This document shows, piece after piece, positions 9,348 to 18,958 of a stretch of 64,000 nucleotides of DNA. Origin of the DNA: Thermoanaerobaculia bacterium (GTDB lineage Bacteria > Acidobacteriota > Thermoanaerobaculia > UBA5066). A program made the translations under genes and the position numbers. The notes beneath the pieces are model-generated. The model searched no databases, was not told the origin of the DNA, and saw only the letters and a program-made list of their open reading frames with translations. The stretch is taken from assembly GCA_963719225.1 (NCBI GenBank), contig CAVRAY010000001.1, forward strand, positions 2,528,001 through 2,592,000. The letters run 5' to 3'. Positions within the stretch are counted from its first letter, which is position 1. Each line of letters starts with the position of its first letter.

Positions 9348-10856
9348 CTAACGCGACCCTTTCTTCGTCTCCTCCAGTCGATCCCTCAGCCAGCGCAGCG
9401 TGAGACCGAGGCCGAACGAAGTCGCGCCGACGGGATAGCCGGCGTGGTCGCGGTCGTAATAGGCCGTGCCGGCGATGTCGAGGTGCGCCCACGGTCTCTT
9501 CGCGTCGACGAACTCCTTGAGGAACATCGCCCCGTTGATCGAGCCTCCCCACCTTCCGCCCGTGTTCTTCATGTCGGCCCAGTCCGAACGGATGTTCTCG
9601 CGGTACTCCTCCCACATCGGGAGGCGCCAGAGGCGCTCGTCCGTCCGATCCCCCGCCCTCACGAGCGACCTCGCGAGGGCGTCGTCCTCGGTGAACACGA
9701 TCGCCGCTTCGAGCCCGAGCGCCACGAGAGCCGCGCCCGTGAGCGTCGCGTAATCCAGGATGACCGCGGGCTTCCATTCGGCCGCGTAGTCGAGGGCATC
9801 CGCGAGAATCACGCGTCCCTCGGCGTCGGTGTTGTCGATCTCGGCCGTCTTGCCGCTGCGGAAACGCACGATGTCGCCCGGCTTGTACGAGGACCCCGAA
9901 GGCAGGTTCTCGGTGAGCGCCGCGATCCCGACGAGGTTGACGCGGAGGCCGAGGTCCGCGGCGGCGAGGACGGTGCCCATCGCCGTCGCCGCGCCCATCA
10001 TGTCCCACTTCATGTCGCCCATCTTCTCCGCGGGCTTGATCGAGATCCCGCCGGAATCAAACGTGACTCCCTTTCCGACGAGCGCCACGGGCGCCTCGCT
10101 CTTTCGGCCGCCCGAGTATTCGAGGACGACCACGCGCGGCTCCTCGGCGGATCCCCGGTTGACGGCGAGAAGGCCGCCCATCCTCTCCTTCCGGATCGCC
10201 TTCTTGTCCAGGACCGTCACCTTCACGCCGCGGGCCTTCGCTTCCTTCCGGACGCGCTCCGCGAAATCGCGCGGGAGCATGTCGTTCGACGGGGTGTTGC
10301 CGAGGTCGCGCACGAGGCGGGCGACGCGCGCGACGTCGCGTGCCTCCTCGACCTCGCGGGCCTCGACGCCGGCGAGCGCGCCACGGGACTGGACGGCGAT
10401 CGCGGCGAGCGTGACCTTTTCGGCGTCGGCCGACTTGTAGACGGGAAATCCGTAGTCGGCGAGGAAAAGCGAGCGCAGAAGAAACTCGCGCGTCTCTTTC
10501 GCATCCATCCGTTTGAGCGTGAGCGGGAAATCCAGGATCGCCGAGGTCTCGCCGCTCCGGTTCAGAGTCTTCGCGGCGGTCCGAAGCAGGCCGCGCGCCT
10601 TGCGCGGCGAGACCTCCGTCTCCTTGCCGGCGCCAAAGACGTAGAGACGCGTCGCTCCGCCTCCTTTTCCGAACGGCAGCGTGAAGAACGCGCCGTCCGC
10701 GGCGGGCGCCGCGGGTGCCGCCGCGGCAACCAGGTCGCGCAGGTCGGCGGGAAGCGACGCGAGCGCCTCCTTCCTCGTGCTGCCGGCGGCGAAGACGACG
10801 TGGGCGTCGGCACGCGGAACACGCGCCTTGACGCCTTGAATCGAGATTTTGAGCAA
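9348..10856 (-). CDS. pepA: Leucyl aminopeptidase (M17)
   Basis: VGKGVTFDSGG, MKWDMMGAA, NTDAEGRVILADAL, WAHLDIAGT. Confidence 0.95.
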   Translation of the reverse strand: MLKISIQGVKARVPRADAHVVFAAGSTRKEALASLPADLRDLVAAAAPAAPAADGAFFTLPFGKGGGATRLYVFGAGKETEVSPRKARGLLRTAAKTLNRSGETSAILDFPLTLKRMDAKETREFLLRSLFLADYGFPVYKSADAEKVTLAAIAVQSRGALAGVEAREVEEARDVARVARLVRDLGNTPSNDMLPRDFAERVRKEAKARGVKVTVLDKKAIRKERMGGLLAVNRGSAEEPRVVVLEYSGGRKSEAPVALVGKGVTFDSGGISIKPAEKMGDMKWDMMGAATAMGTVLAAADLGLRVNLVGIAALTENLPSGSSYKPGDIVRFRSGKTAEIDNTDAEGRVILADALDYAAEWKPAVILDYATLTGAALVALGLEAAIVFTEDDALARSLVRAGDRTDERLWRLPMWEEYRENIRSDWADMKNTGGRWGGSINGAMFLKEFVDAKRPWAHLDIAGTAYYDRDHAGYPVGATSFGLGLTLRWLRDRLEETKKGSR

Positions 10857-10918
10857 GAGAACCTCCGATTTGGCATGAAGCCGGAAAGAGACTGAAGTCT
10901 AGCGCGCCGTCCGGCCCT

Positions 10919-10924
10919 TAGAAT
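10919..10924 (+). promoter_or_regulatory. Putative -10 box TAGAAT 6 nt before the purC ATG (leaderless-type)
   Basis: TAGAATcgggccATG, with no Shine-Dalgarno. Confidence 0.6.
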
Positions 10925-10930
10925 CGGGCC

Positions 10931-11827
10931 ATGCCCGAAGCCGTTCTCGAAACCCTCGTCCCGGGTCTGCCGCCTCCACGCCGCGGCAAGGTGCGCGACA
11001 TCTACGATCTGAAAGACCGCGTTCTCCTCGTCGCCACCGACCGCATTTCCGCCTTCGATGCCGTCCTGACGCCGGGAATTCCCGACAAAGGGAAGATCCT
11101 GACCGGTCTCTCGAATTTCTGGTTTCGGATGTTCAAGGACGTCGTCCCGAACCATCTCCTCGAGACGGATGCCGCGCGCTTCCCGGAGCCCCTCGCGTCT
11201 TCGCGGGAGCTCCTCGCGGGGCGTTCCGTGCTCGCGAGGAAATGCCGCGTCGTGCCCTTCGAGTGCGTGGCGCGCGGATTCCTCGCCGGGTCGGGCTGGA
11301 AGGATTACGTCAGGACGGGCTCCGTCTGCGGCCAGCGCCTGCCGCCGGGCCTCCGTGAGGCGGACCGCCTCCCGGAGCCGATCTTCACGCCGGCGACGAA
11401 GGCCGAGACCGGACACGACGAGAACGTCCCCTACGGCGCCGTCGCGGCCGCCGTGGGAGCGGCCCTCGCCGGCCGGCTCCGGGACCTCACGTTGACGCTC
11501 TACCGCGGAGCCGCGGCCTACGCGGAGCCGCGGGGCATTCTCGTCGCGGACACGAAGTTCGAGTTCGGCCTCGACGAGACGGGCGAGGTCGTCTGGATCG
11601 ACGAGGCGCTGACGCCCGACTCCTCCCGCTTCTGGCCCAAGGACACCTGGAGAAGCGGTAGCTCGCCGCCCTCGTACGACAAGCAGTTCGTGCGCGACTT
11701 CCTCGAGAGGATCGGCTGGAACAAGACGCCGCCGGCGCCCCTGCTGCCTGCCGAGGTCGTCGCGGGCACGCGGGCACGCTACGTCGAGGCATTCGAGAAG
11801 CTGACGGGAACGAGGTTCGAGAGCTAG
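10931..11827 (+). CDS. purC: SAICAR synthetase
   Basis: RGKVRDIY, DRISAFD, ECVARG, DTKFEFG, DEALTPDSSRFW, YDKQFVRD. Confidence 0.97.
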   Translation: MPEAVLETLVPGLPPPRRGKVRDIYDLKDRVLLVATDRISAFDAVLTPGIPDKGKILTGLSNFWFRMFKDVVPNHLLETDAARFPEPLASSRELLAGRSVLARKCRVVPFECVARGFLAGSGWKDYVRTGSVCGQRLPPGLREADRLPEPIFTPATKAETGHDENVPYGAVAAAVGAALAGRLRDLTLTLYRGAAAYAEPRGILVADTKFEFGLDETGEVVWIDEALTPDSSRFWPKDTWRSGSSPPSYDKQFVRDFLERIGWNKTPPAPLLPAEVVAGTRARYVEAFEKLTGTRFES

Positions 11828-11838
11828 CTGGCGGGGAC

Positions 11839-12360
11839 TTACTGGGCGACGGGCTCGTCGGCGAAGTCCTCGGGCTTGGCGTCGTCTTCCGGCGGAGCCT
11901 TCGCGAGCTCCTTCTTGACCATTTCCTGGTGGGCGATCTCCTCCTGGAGGAGCTCTTCGAACAGCTTCTTCACTTGAGGAGCGAGCGGCAGTTTCAGGGC
12001 CTTGTCGAAGTAGTCGTACGCCTTGACTTCGGCGTCCATCGCCACCTTCAGAGCCTCGCGGAGCGTCATGAAGTCGTGCACGGTCTCGTAGCCGGGCGCC
12101 TCGACGTCCCAGAGGAGCGAGCGGTCCACGCGGCGGGCCGTCCTTCCGAAGAGCTTCGTCCGCTGCGTGAGGAGGTCGGCGCCATGCTTGGCCTCGGCCT
12201 TCGCCATGAAGTGGAAGAAGGACGCCGCTTCCTCGGTCCGGTGCTCGCGCATCACGGCCGTCAGCTCTTCGTAGCGCTCCATCGCTTCCTGCTCGATGAG
12301 GATGGCGAGATCGAGCGCGTCCATGAGATCGAGCTTCGTCAGGTCCAGCTGCTTCGTCAT
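11839..12360 (-). CDS. Ferritin-like/rubrerythrin-family diiron protein
   Basis: Two E...ExxH pairs (IEQEA...EAKH; AEVKAYDYF...EEIAH). Confidence 0.85.
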   Translation of the reverse strand: MTKQLDLTKLDLMDALDLAILIEQEAMERYEELTAVMREHRTEEAASFFHFMAKAEAKHGADLLTQRTKLFGRTARRVDRSLLWDVEAPGYETVHDFMTLREALKVAMDAEVKAYDYFDKALKLPLAPQVKKLFEELLQEEIAHQEMVKKELAKAPPEDDAKPEDFADEPVAQ

Positions 12361-12516
12361 CGGCGTCTCCCGCGCGACACGTTCACATGCGGCGCCCCCG
12401 CGCGGCCATGATGCAACCGGATCAGCGGCGAAACCCGCCCCGGGCGGCCGGTCTGAAGGGCTTCTTCAGCACGGGTCTGTCGAACCTGAGCCGAGTAATC
12501 CCGATAGAATGCGGAG

Positions 12517-12771
12517 ATGGATGCATCCGGCATCGCTGCTTTCATCGATCGCGACTGGTCGCTCCTGAGAAACGAAAAAGAGCGTTATTGGGCGGAGAGG
12601 CTCGCGGGGGCGGATGCGGAGCAGTGCCTGGAGATTGGGGAAGGTCTCCGCCAGGAAGTTCTCGCCGTGCATCCCGACTGGCCGTCGCCAGCCGAACGCC
12701 TGGAAGATCTGAAGGCCCACGAGGCTCTTTGCGAGCTGATGCTGCGTGCCACAAAGAACCGCTCCGGCTGA
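12517..12771 (+). CDS. Small helical protein, putative antitoxin (MenA1-like position)
   Basis: 84 aa, preceded by TAGAAT-N6-ATG, overlapping the nucleotidyltransferase start. Confidence 0.65.
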   Translation: MDASGIAAFIDRDWSLLRNEKERYWAERLAGADAEQCLEIGEGLRQEVLAVHPDWPSPAERLEDLKAHEALCELMLRATKNRSG

Positions 12772-13324
12772 GCTGCTCGCGGACCTCGGCGGCGTTCTGC
12801 GCGGCTGGGGAAACCGGTGGTACGTCTTCGGAGCGCAGGCCGTCCTGATCTGGGGCCGGCCTCGAATGACGGCAGACGTGGACGTGACGGTCGTTCTCGT
12901 TCCTCCCGACACAGGGCGCTTCGTCAAAGAGATGCAGTCAACCGGATTCGAGCTCCGAGTGCGGGATGTCGATGACTTCGTGAGGCGAACGCACGTTCTC
13001 CCGTTCGTTCACACCAGGACCGGGATGCCCCTGGATGTCGTTCTGGCCGCATCCGGCCTCGAGCAGGAGTTTCTCAACAGGGCCCGCCAGGCGCGGATCG
13101 GTGATTTGGAGATCCCGGTGATCAGTCCGGAGGACCTCGTCATTGCGAAGATCCTCGCGGGTCGCCCCCAAGATCTCCAGGATATCGCCGGCGTCCTCGC
13201 CCGGCAGAAGAAGAGCCTCGACCTGGAACGGATCCGAAATACCCTGAAATCTCTCGAAAGCGCGCTCGCTCAAAGCGACCTCGTTCCCGCTTTCGAACGG
13301 CTCCTGGCGGCTCAGCGGCCCTGA
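12746..13324 (+). CDS. AbiEii/MenT-like nucleotidyltransferase, putative toxin
   Basis: FGAQAV..WGRPRMTADVD nucleotidyltransferase motif and C-terminal EDLVIAKILAGRPQDLQD. Confidence 0.8.
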   Translation: MPQRTAPAELLADLGGVLRGWGNRWYVFGAQAVLIWGRPRMTADVDVTVVLVPPDTGRFVKEMQSTGFELRVRDVDDFVRRTHVLPFVHTRTGMPLDVVLAASGLEQEFLNRARQARIGDLEIPVISPEDLVIAKILAGRPQDLQDIAGVLARQKKSLDLERIRNTLKSLESALAQSDLVPAFERLLAAQRP

Positions 13325-13335
13325 ACCACGCGGAC

Positions 13336-14694
13336 TCAGGTCTTCTCGAGCAGCTCCTCGACGCTCCGGAGGGGCGTGACGGAGAGATCGGGAAACGCCG
13401 CCGCCTCCGCCGCGTTTCCGGCGGGCAGGAGCGCCGTCTTGAACCCGAGCGAGAGCGCCTCCTTCAGCCTCAGGGCCGCGTCGGACACGGCCCGCACCTC
13501 GCCGAGGAGGCCCACCTCGCCGAAGACCGCGGTCAATGCCGGCAGCGCCCTCCCGCGGAAGCTGCCCGCGACGGCGGAGCAGACGGCGAGGTCGGCGGCG
13601 GGCTCGGCACTCTCGGCGCCGCCCGCGACGTTCAGGAACACGTCCTGCGAGGACAGGGACAGTCCGCCGCTCTTCTCGAGAACCGCGAGGAGGAGTGCGA
13701 GGCGCGTGCCGTCGAAGCCGATCGCGGTGCGGCGCGGGCTTCCGAACTTCGCCTCGACGGTGAGGGCCTGGACCTCGAGGAGCATCGGCCGCGTCCCCTC
13801 GACGCCCGCGAGCACGACCGAGCCGGGACGTCCTCCTGCCCCGCTCCCGAGATAGAGCGCGGACGGGTTCGCGACCTCGACGAGGCCGGCGCCCGTCATC
13901 TCGAAGAGCCCGAGCTCGTGTACCGGGCCGAACCGGTTCTTGAGGGCGCGCACGACGCGGTGGGCGTGAAAGCGCTCGCCTTCGAACGACAGGACCGCGT
14001 CCACGAGGTGCTCGAGCGTCTTCGGGCCGGCAAGCGTCCCGTCCTTCGTGACGTGGCCGATGAGGAAGACGGGCACGCCCGTCGTCTTCGCGAGGGCCAG
14101 CAGGCGTCCCGCGCAGGCACGCACCTGCGTGACCGAGCCCGGGGCCGCGGGGGCGTCCGCCGACGCGATCGTCTGGATCGAATCCACGACGATCGCTCCG
14201 AACGTCGCGGCCTTCGCAGCTTCGAGGATCGCCTCGAGCGAGGTTTCGGGAAGGAGGAAGAGTGCCGGCGCGGAGGCGCCGAGGCGGTCGGCGCGCATCC
14301 GGACCTGCCGCGCGGACTCCTCGGCGCTGACGTAGAGGACCGGCCCGACGCGTTCCGCGAGGCGAGCCGCGACCTGCAGGAGGAGCGTCGACTTGCCGAT
14401 GCCCGGCTCTCCACCCACGAGAACGACCGAGCCCGGGACGAGACCGCCGCCGAGCACGCGGTCCATGTCCGCGATGCCCGTGGGAATACGCGGGACCGCC
14501 GCTGCCGCGACGTCGGACAGCCGGATGGGCGCCGAGCCGGACGACGGGGCCGCTGCGCCGCGCGATGGCGCCTCGGCGGCGCGTTCCTCCGCGAGCGTGC
14601 CCCAGGCGCCGCATTCAGGGCACCGGCCCAGCCACTGCGGACTCTGGGCCCCGCAGGCGGTGCACGAGAAGACCGTCGTGGCTTTTCGGGCCAC
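13336..14694 (-). CDS. radA: DNA repair protein RadA/Sms
   Basis: CxxC..WLGRCPECGAW zinc finger, GGEPGIGKST, KNRFG motif, Lon-like C-terminus. Confidence 0.97.
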   Translation of the reverse strand: MARKATTVFSCTACGAQSPQWLGRCPECGAWGTLAEERAAEAPSRGAAAPSSGSAPIRLSDVAAAAVPRIPTGIADMDRVLGGGLVPGSVVLVGGEPGIGKSTLLLQVAARLAERVGPVLYVSAEESARQVRMRADRLGASAPALFLLPETSLEAILEAAKAATFGAIVVDSIQTIASADAPAAPGSVTQVRACAGRLLALAKTTGVPVFLIGHVTKDGTLAGPKTLEHLVDAVLSFEGERFHAHRVVRALKNRFGPVHELGLFEMTGAGLVEVANPSALYLGSGAGGRPGSVVLAGVEGTRPMLLEVQALTVEAKFGSPRRTAIGFDGTRLALLLAVLEKSGGLSLSSQDVFLNVAGGAESAEPAADLAVCSAVAGSFRGRALPALTAVFGEVGLLGEVRAVSDAALRLKEALSLGFKTALLPAGNAAEAAAFPDLSVTPLRSVEELLEKT

Positions 14695-14696
14695 GG

Positions 14697-16139
14697 CTAC
14701 TTCGTCGGGATCGGAATGCTGCCGAGCAGGGCCTTCAGGTCCTCGTCCTTCCAGCGGATGCCGCCGCCGAGGAACGGTGACCGCAGGCCGGGATTCAGGA
14801 GGTCGTCGACGCCGCCCGTCACGTAGAGGTTCGGGCTCGCGTTCCAGCGGGCGAAGAGCTTGAGATGCCCGTTCAGGTCCGGCCTCGTGAAATCCCAGAT
14901 CTCGCCCGCGACCCGGTACCTGTCGCCCTTGAACGTCTGCTCGACCGCGGCGCCGCCGCGCGACTCGATGATCCCGGCGCGCAGGATCGTGTTGTTCAGC
15001 TTGTAGCCGAGCTGAGCCGACAGGACGAACTGGTCGATGTACCGCTGCCCCGTCGTATCGATCGTCTGTCTGCTGCCGTCGGGAAACGTGACCGTCGTGG
15101 ACTCGAGAATGTCCTCGCGCTTGCCGTGGGGAAGCGCCCCGATCTCGAGCCGGTAGAACTTTCCCTCCCGCGGGATCGCGTCGAGGGTGAAATAGTATTT
15201 TTCCTCGTGGTTGCGCGACGCGTATTCCGTGCGGAATCCGATGTCGAGCTGCAGCCGGTTGATGCGCCCGAGAGTCCCCGAGAGCTGCTCGACGCCCTCC
15301 TTGACCGACTTGAGCGCGTCGTTGATGTTCTTGTGCGTCTCGTCGTCGTTCAGGAGCTTTCCGAGCGTGCCCTGCCCCGTGTCGATCTTGCCCGTGATGG
15401 AGTTCAGCGTGTCGGCGGTCGTCTTGAGCTTCGCCGTGATGTCGTCCGCGTTCGAGACCGCCGCCTTCACGCCCGCCCTGTTCTCGTCGAGCATCTTGTC
15501 GACCCGCGCGGTGGTCTCGAGAAGCTGCTGCGACAGTAGCTTCAGGTTCGCGACGATGGCGTCGACGTTCCCGCGGTTCGCGTCGGCGAGCTCGCGCAGG
15601 GACTCGGCGAGGCGCCCGAGGTTATCGACGATCCGGTTCAACCTCTCCTCGCCCCGTTGCCCGCCCATGGAGTTCGCGAGCGCGCTCGAGACCTCCTTGA
15701 GGTCCTTGCCGATGTCGGTGGCCATCTTCGTGAGGTCGTCGAAGCCGCTGCCCGACACCCCCTCGAGAAGCACTCCGTTCGGGAGGCGGGGCGCGTTCGT
15801 GTCGCCGGGATTGAGCTCGACGTACTTGTCGCCGAGGAGCCCGAGGGCCCGGATCTGGGCGCTCGCGCCCTGATGCAGCTCGACGCCCTTGTCGAGCTCG
15901 AGGTGAACGACCGCGGTCCCGTCGGGCCGCAGCGAGATCTTGTCCACCTTGCCGACGCGCACCCCGGCGAGACGCACCGCGGACTTGTCGTCGAGGCCCG
16001 CGACATCCTTGAAGTGCGCGTCCGCCGTGTTCGTGCGCTTCTTCTTCCCGAAGTGGATGTCCTCGATCTTCATGATGAGGATCCCGAGAGCCACGAGGAC
16101 GGCGACGAAGAACGCCCCGATTTTCGCGGTGGTCGTCAT
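14697..16139 (-). CDS. MCE/MlaD family protein with long helical extension and C-terminal beta region
   Basis: N-terminal TM, AGLDDKSAVRLAGVRVGKV, LGLLGDKYVELNPG. Start set at MTTTAK. Confidence 0.9.
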   Translation of the reverse strand: MTTTAKIGAFFVAVLVALGILIMKIEDIHFGKKKRTNTADAHFKDVAGLDDKSAVRLAGVRVGKVDKISLRPDGTAVVHLELDKGVELHQGASAQIRALGLLGDKYVELNPGDTNAPRLPNGVLLEGVSGSGFDDLTKMATDIGKDLKEVSSALANSMGGQRGEERLNRIVDNLGRLAESLRELADANRGNVDAIVANLKLLSQQLLETTARVDKMLDENRAGVKAAVSNADDITAKLKTTADTLNSITGKIDTGQGTLGKLLNDDETHKNINDALKSVKEGVEQLSGTLGRINRLQLDIGFRTEYASRNHEEKYYFTLDAIPREGKFYRLEIGALPHGKREDILESTTVTFPDGSRQTIDTTGQRYIDQFVLSAQLGYKLNNTILRAGIIESRGGAAVEQTFKGDRYRVAGEIWDFTRPDLNGHLKLFARWNASPNLYVTGGVDDLLNPGLRSPFLGGGIRWKDEDLKALLGSIPIPTK

Positions 16140-16149
16140 GGCGCGCCCA

Positions 16150-16977
16150 TCATACGTGCGCCTCACCGGTTTTTTCCGGGTGCCCCTTTTCCGTGCGCCG
16201 CTCGGGCTCGGCCTCGGGCGGCGCGAGCTCGCTGTTGCCGGTCACGAAGGCGGCGACGCGCTTGTCCTTCGATTGCTCGAACTCTTTCGGGGTCATTTCG
16301 ACGTAGATTTTGCCTCCCGAGAGGAGACCCACGCGGTCCGCGATCGCGAACGCGACCTTGAGGTCGTGCGTGATCGTGATCGCCGCCGGCTTGAGCCGCT
16401 TGCGCATCTCCTCGATGACTTTCACGACGACGTCCGTCGTGACGGGATCGAGGCCGGTCGTGGGCTCGTCGAAGAGGAGGTTCTCGGGCTGGAGGGCGAT
16501 CGCGCGCGCGAAGCCCACGCGGCGCTTCATCCCGCCGGAAAGCTCGGAAGGGCGCTTTTCCTCGATACCGGGCAAGCGCACGAGCTCGAGGCATTCCGCC
16601 ACCCGGTCGGCGATCTCCTTCTTCGACTTCTTCGTGTGTCGCGTGAGCGGAAACGCGATGTTCTCGCCGACGCTCATCGAGTCGAAGAGCGCGCCTTCCT
16701 GGAACGACATGCCGAACTTGCGGCGCAGCTCGTCGCGCTCGCGAGGGCGAGCGGCCCACAGGTCCACCCCTTCGAGCTCGACCGTCCCGGAATCGGGTTT
16801 CAGGAGGCCGATGACGTGCTTCAAAAGGACGCTCTTGCCGATCCCCGATTGTCCGAGGAGGACGAGCGATTCGCCTTTCTTGACCTCGAGGTCGAGACCG
16901 ATGAGGACCTTCTTATCGCCGAAGCTCTTCGAGACGCCTTTGAGGCGAATCGCGGGCGCCGAGGGGGTCGCGCTCAA
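16150..16977 (-). CDS. mlaF: MlaF-like ABC ATPase
   Basis: GQSGIGKS, FQEGALFDS, LSGGMKRR, DEPTTGLDP. TTG start overlaps the mlaE stop. Confidence 0.9.
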   Translation of the reverse strand: MSATPSAPAIRLKGVSKSFGDKKVLIGLDLEVKKGESLVLLGQSGIGKSVLLKHVIGLLKPDSGTVELEGVDLWAARPRERDELRRKFGMSFQEGALFDSMSVGENIAFPLTRHTKKSKKEIADRVAECLELVRLPGIEEKRPSELSGGMKRRVGFARAIALQPENLLFDEPTTGLDPVTTDVVVKVIEEMRKRLKPAAITITHDLKVAFAIADRVGLLSGGKIYVEMTPKEFEQSKDKRVAAFVTGNSELAPPEAEPERRTEKGHPEKTGEAHV

Positions 16978-17744
16978 AACAGCACCTTCGTCAGGAAGAA
17001 GTCGGCGATGAGAATCGAAAGGGAGCCCATGACGACGGCGGTCGTCGTGGACCGGCCCACGCCTTCCGCGCCGCCCTTCGTGTCGAAGCCGCACTGGCAG
17101 CCCACGAGCGCCAGGAGGAGCCCGAAGACCGCCGACTTGATGAGGCCCGACGTCAGGTCGTCCATGTCGAGGAACTGAAACGTGTTGTTGATGTAGATCA
17201 CCGGGTTCGCACCGAGGTACGTCACGGCCACGAGGTAGCCGCCCATGATGCCGATCGCATCCCCGAGGACGACGAGCATCGGCAGCACGATGATCGCCGC
17301 GAGGACCCGCGGGACGAACAGGTAATGCACCGGATCGGTGGCGAGCGCGACGAGCGCGTCGATCTGCTCGGTCACGCGCATCGAGCCGAGCTCGGCGGCC
17401 ATCGCGCTGCCCGCGCGCCCCGTCACCATGAGGCCTGTCAGCACGGGGCCGAGCTCGCGCAGCATCGAAAGCGCGACGACCGACCCGATGTAGCCCTCGG
17501 CATGGAAGCGCTGGAACCCCTTGAACGTCTGGAGCGCCAGGACGCCGCCCGTGAAGAACGCGGTCAGGAGCACGACGGGTACGGAGTCGACGCCCACGCG
17601 CACGACCTGCTTGGCCGTCGCGGAGGGCGTCCACGGGGGCGTCACGAGGCCGCGCAGGGTCATTCCGAGCAGCTCGAAGAAGCGCCCGACTCCCTGCAGG
17701 ACGCTCAGGACTCCGCGCCCGAGGAACTCGAGCACAGAGTTCAC
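16974..17744 (-). CDS. mlaE: MlaE-like ABC permease
   Basis: RELGPVLTGL..GRAGSAMAAELGSMRVTEQIDAL, GAEGVGRSTT. Confidence 0.93.
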   Translation of the reverse strand: MNSVLEFLGRGVLSVLQGVGRFFELLGMTLRGLVTPPWTPSATAKQVVRVGVDSVPVVLLTAFFTGGVLALQTFKGFQRFHAEGYIGSVVALSMLRELGPVLTGLMVTGRAGSAMAAELGSMRVTEQIDALVALATDPVHYLFVPRVLAAIIVLPMLVVLGDAIGIMGGYLVAVTYLGANPVIYINNTFQFLDMDDLTSGLIKSAVFGLLLALVGCQCGFDTKGGAEGVGRSTTTAVVMGSLSILIADFFLTKVLF

Positions 17745-18958
17745 AGGAACTTCGTCTCCCGTGCCACGATCCGGCCTCCGGACCGGATGATACGTGGCAC
17801 GCGCGGCCCGACGCCGCAGAGGATCTCCCAGGAAACGGTTCCCGCCGTCGCCGCGACCTCGTCGACGCCGAGCCGCACGTCTCCCTGACGGCCGAAGAAG
17901 ACGACCTCGGCTCCCCTCGTGGGACGGGCATCGAGGTCCGTGGCGTCCACGGCCGTGAGGTCCATCGAGACGCGCCCGGCGATCGGGCAGCGCCGGCCCC
18001 CGATCAGGACGTGCCCGCGCCCGGAGAGGTGGCGCGGCACGCCGTCCGCGAAGCCGGCCGGCACGATCGCGAGCGTCGTCGTCCGCCCCGCGACGAACGT
18101 CCCGCCGTAGCCCACGCGCGTCCCGGGCGGGACGGTCTTCACCTGGTCGACGACGGAGACGAAGGACATCACGTCGGAAAGAGAATCATTTGCTTCGGAG
18201 GGGAGACCGGGGATACCAGGGACATGAGCGTAGAGAGCAAGGCCAGGGCGGACGTGGGTAGGTTCGAAGAGGACCTGCTTAGAAGGTGAATTGACCAGAC
18301 GCGAGAACGTCGCCGCGCTGTTGTCCACGTGGATCATGGACGGCCGGTGACTCGCCGCGCGAATTGCCTTCAGACCTTCTAAGAAAACCCCGGTCTGCGC
18401 CTCGGTTTGTGCGCCGCCGGGATCGTCCGCCGAAGCGAAGTTCTGAAATACACCTTCTAAGAGAAGGCGCCCTTTCATCGAGTCGAGAAGGTCGAGGACC
18501 CGCGGCAGGTCCGCCGGAAGCACTCCCAGCCGCGTCATCCCCGTGTCGAGCTTCAGATGTACCGGCAACGGCGAGGGGGATTGCCCCCTCCCCTTTTCCC
18601 CTTCTAAGAAAATCTTCATCTCTTCCGCTTGCTCGACCGAATGAACGTTGGCCGTGAGGCCACCCGAGACGAGGGCGCCGAGCTGATCTCTTCCGATCCA
18701 GCCCATGACGAGGATGGGCTGCGCCACGCCCGCCCGGCGCAGCTCGAGGCCTTCCTCGACGACCGCGACCGCGAAGATCGGCGCGCCTTCCTCGGCGAGG
18801 CGGCGCGCAACGTGCCCGGCGCCGTGGCCGTATGCGTCCGCCTTGACGACCGGCATCAGGGCACAGCTTTTCGGCAGCGCGCGCGCGAGGACCCGGTAGT
18901 TCGACGCCAGCGCGTCGAGATCGATGACGGCGTGCGTGGGGCGGAGGGAAGAGATCAG
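17741..18958 (-). CDS. alr: Alanine racemase (probable CTG start)
   Basis: RPTHAVIDLDAL..N, VVKADAYGHG PLP-lysine motif, HLKLDTGMTRLG, GRVSMD. No ATG/GTG/TTG near the N-terminus ahead of the conserved motifs. Confidence 0.93.
   Translation of the reverse strand: MISSLRPTHAVIDLDALASNYRVLARALPKSCALMPVVKADAYGHGAGHVARRLAEEGAPIFAVAVVEEGLELRRAGVAQPILVMGWIGRDQLGALVSGGLTANVHSVEQAEEMKIFLEGEKGRGQSPSPLPVHLKLDTGMTRLGVLPADLPRVLDLLDSMKGRLLLEGVFQNFASADDPGGAQTEAQTGVFLEGLKAIRAASHRPSMIHVDNSAATFSRLVNSPSKQVLFEPTHVRPGLALYAHVPGIPGLPSEANDSLSDVMSFVSVVDQVKTVPPGTRVGYGGTFVAGRTTTLAIVPAGFADGVPRHLSGRGHVLIGGRRCPIAGRVSMDLTAVDATDLDARPTRGAEVVFFGRQGDVRLGVDEVAATAGTVSWEILCGVGPRVPRIIRSGGRIVARETKFL
18573..18617. repeat. Copy 2 of the 20-bp repeat plus a GAGGGGG-attg-CCCCCTC hairpin, inside alr
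   Basis: 18598..18617 is identical to 3629..3648. A 7-bp stem spans 18573..18590. Encodes KIFLEGEKGRGQSPS. Confidence 0.8.

Noticed and set aside
12361-12516. GC-rich hairpins (gcgg-cgaaac-ccgc) as an ncRNA or riboswitch
   Set aside because: Short stems are expected by chance at this GC, and I see no family consensus.
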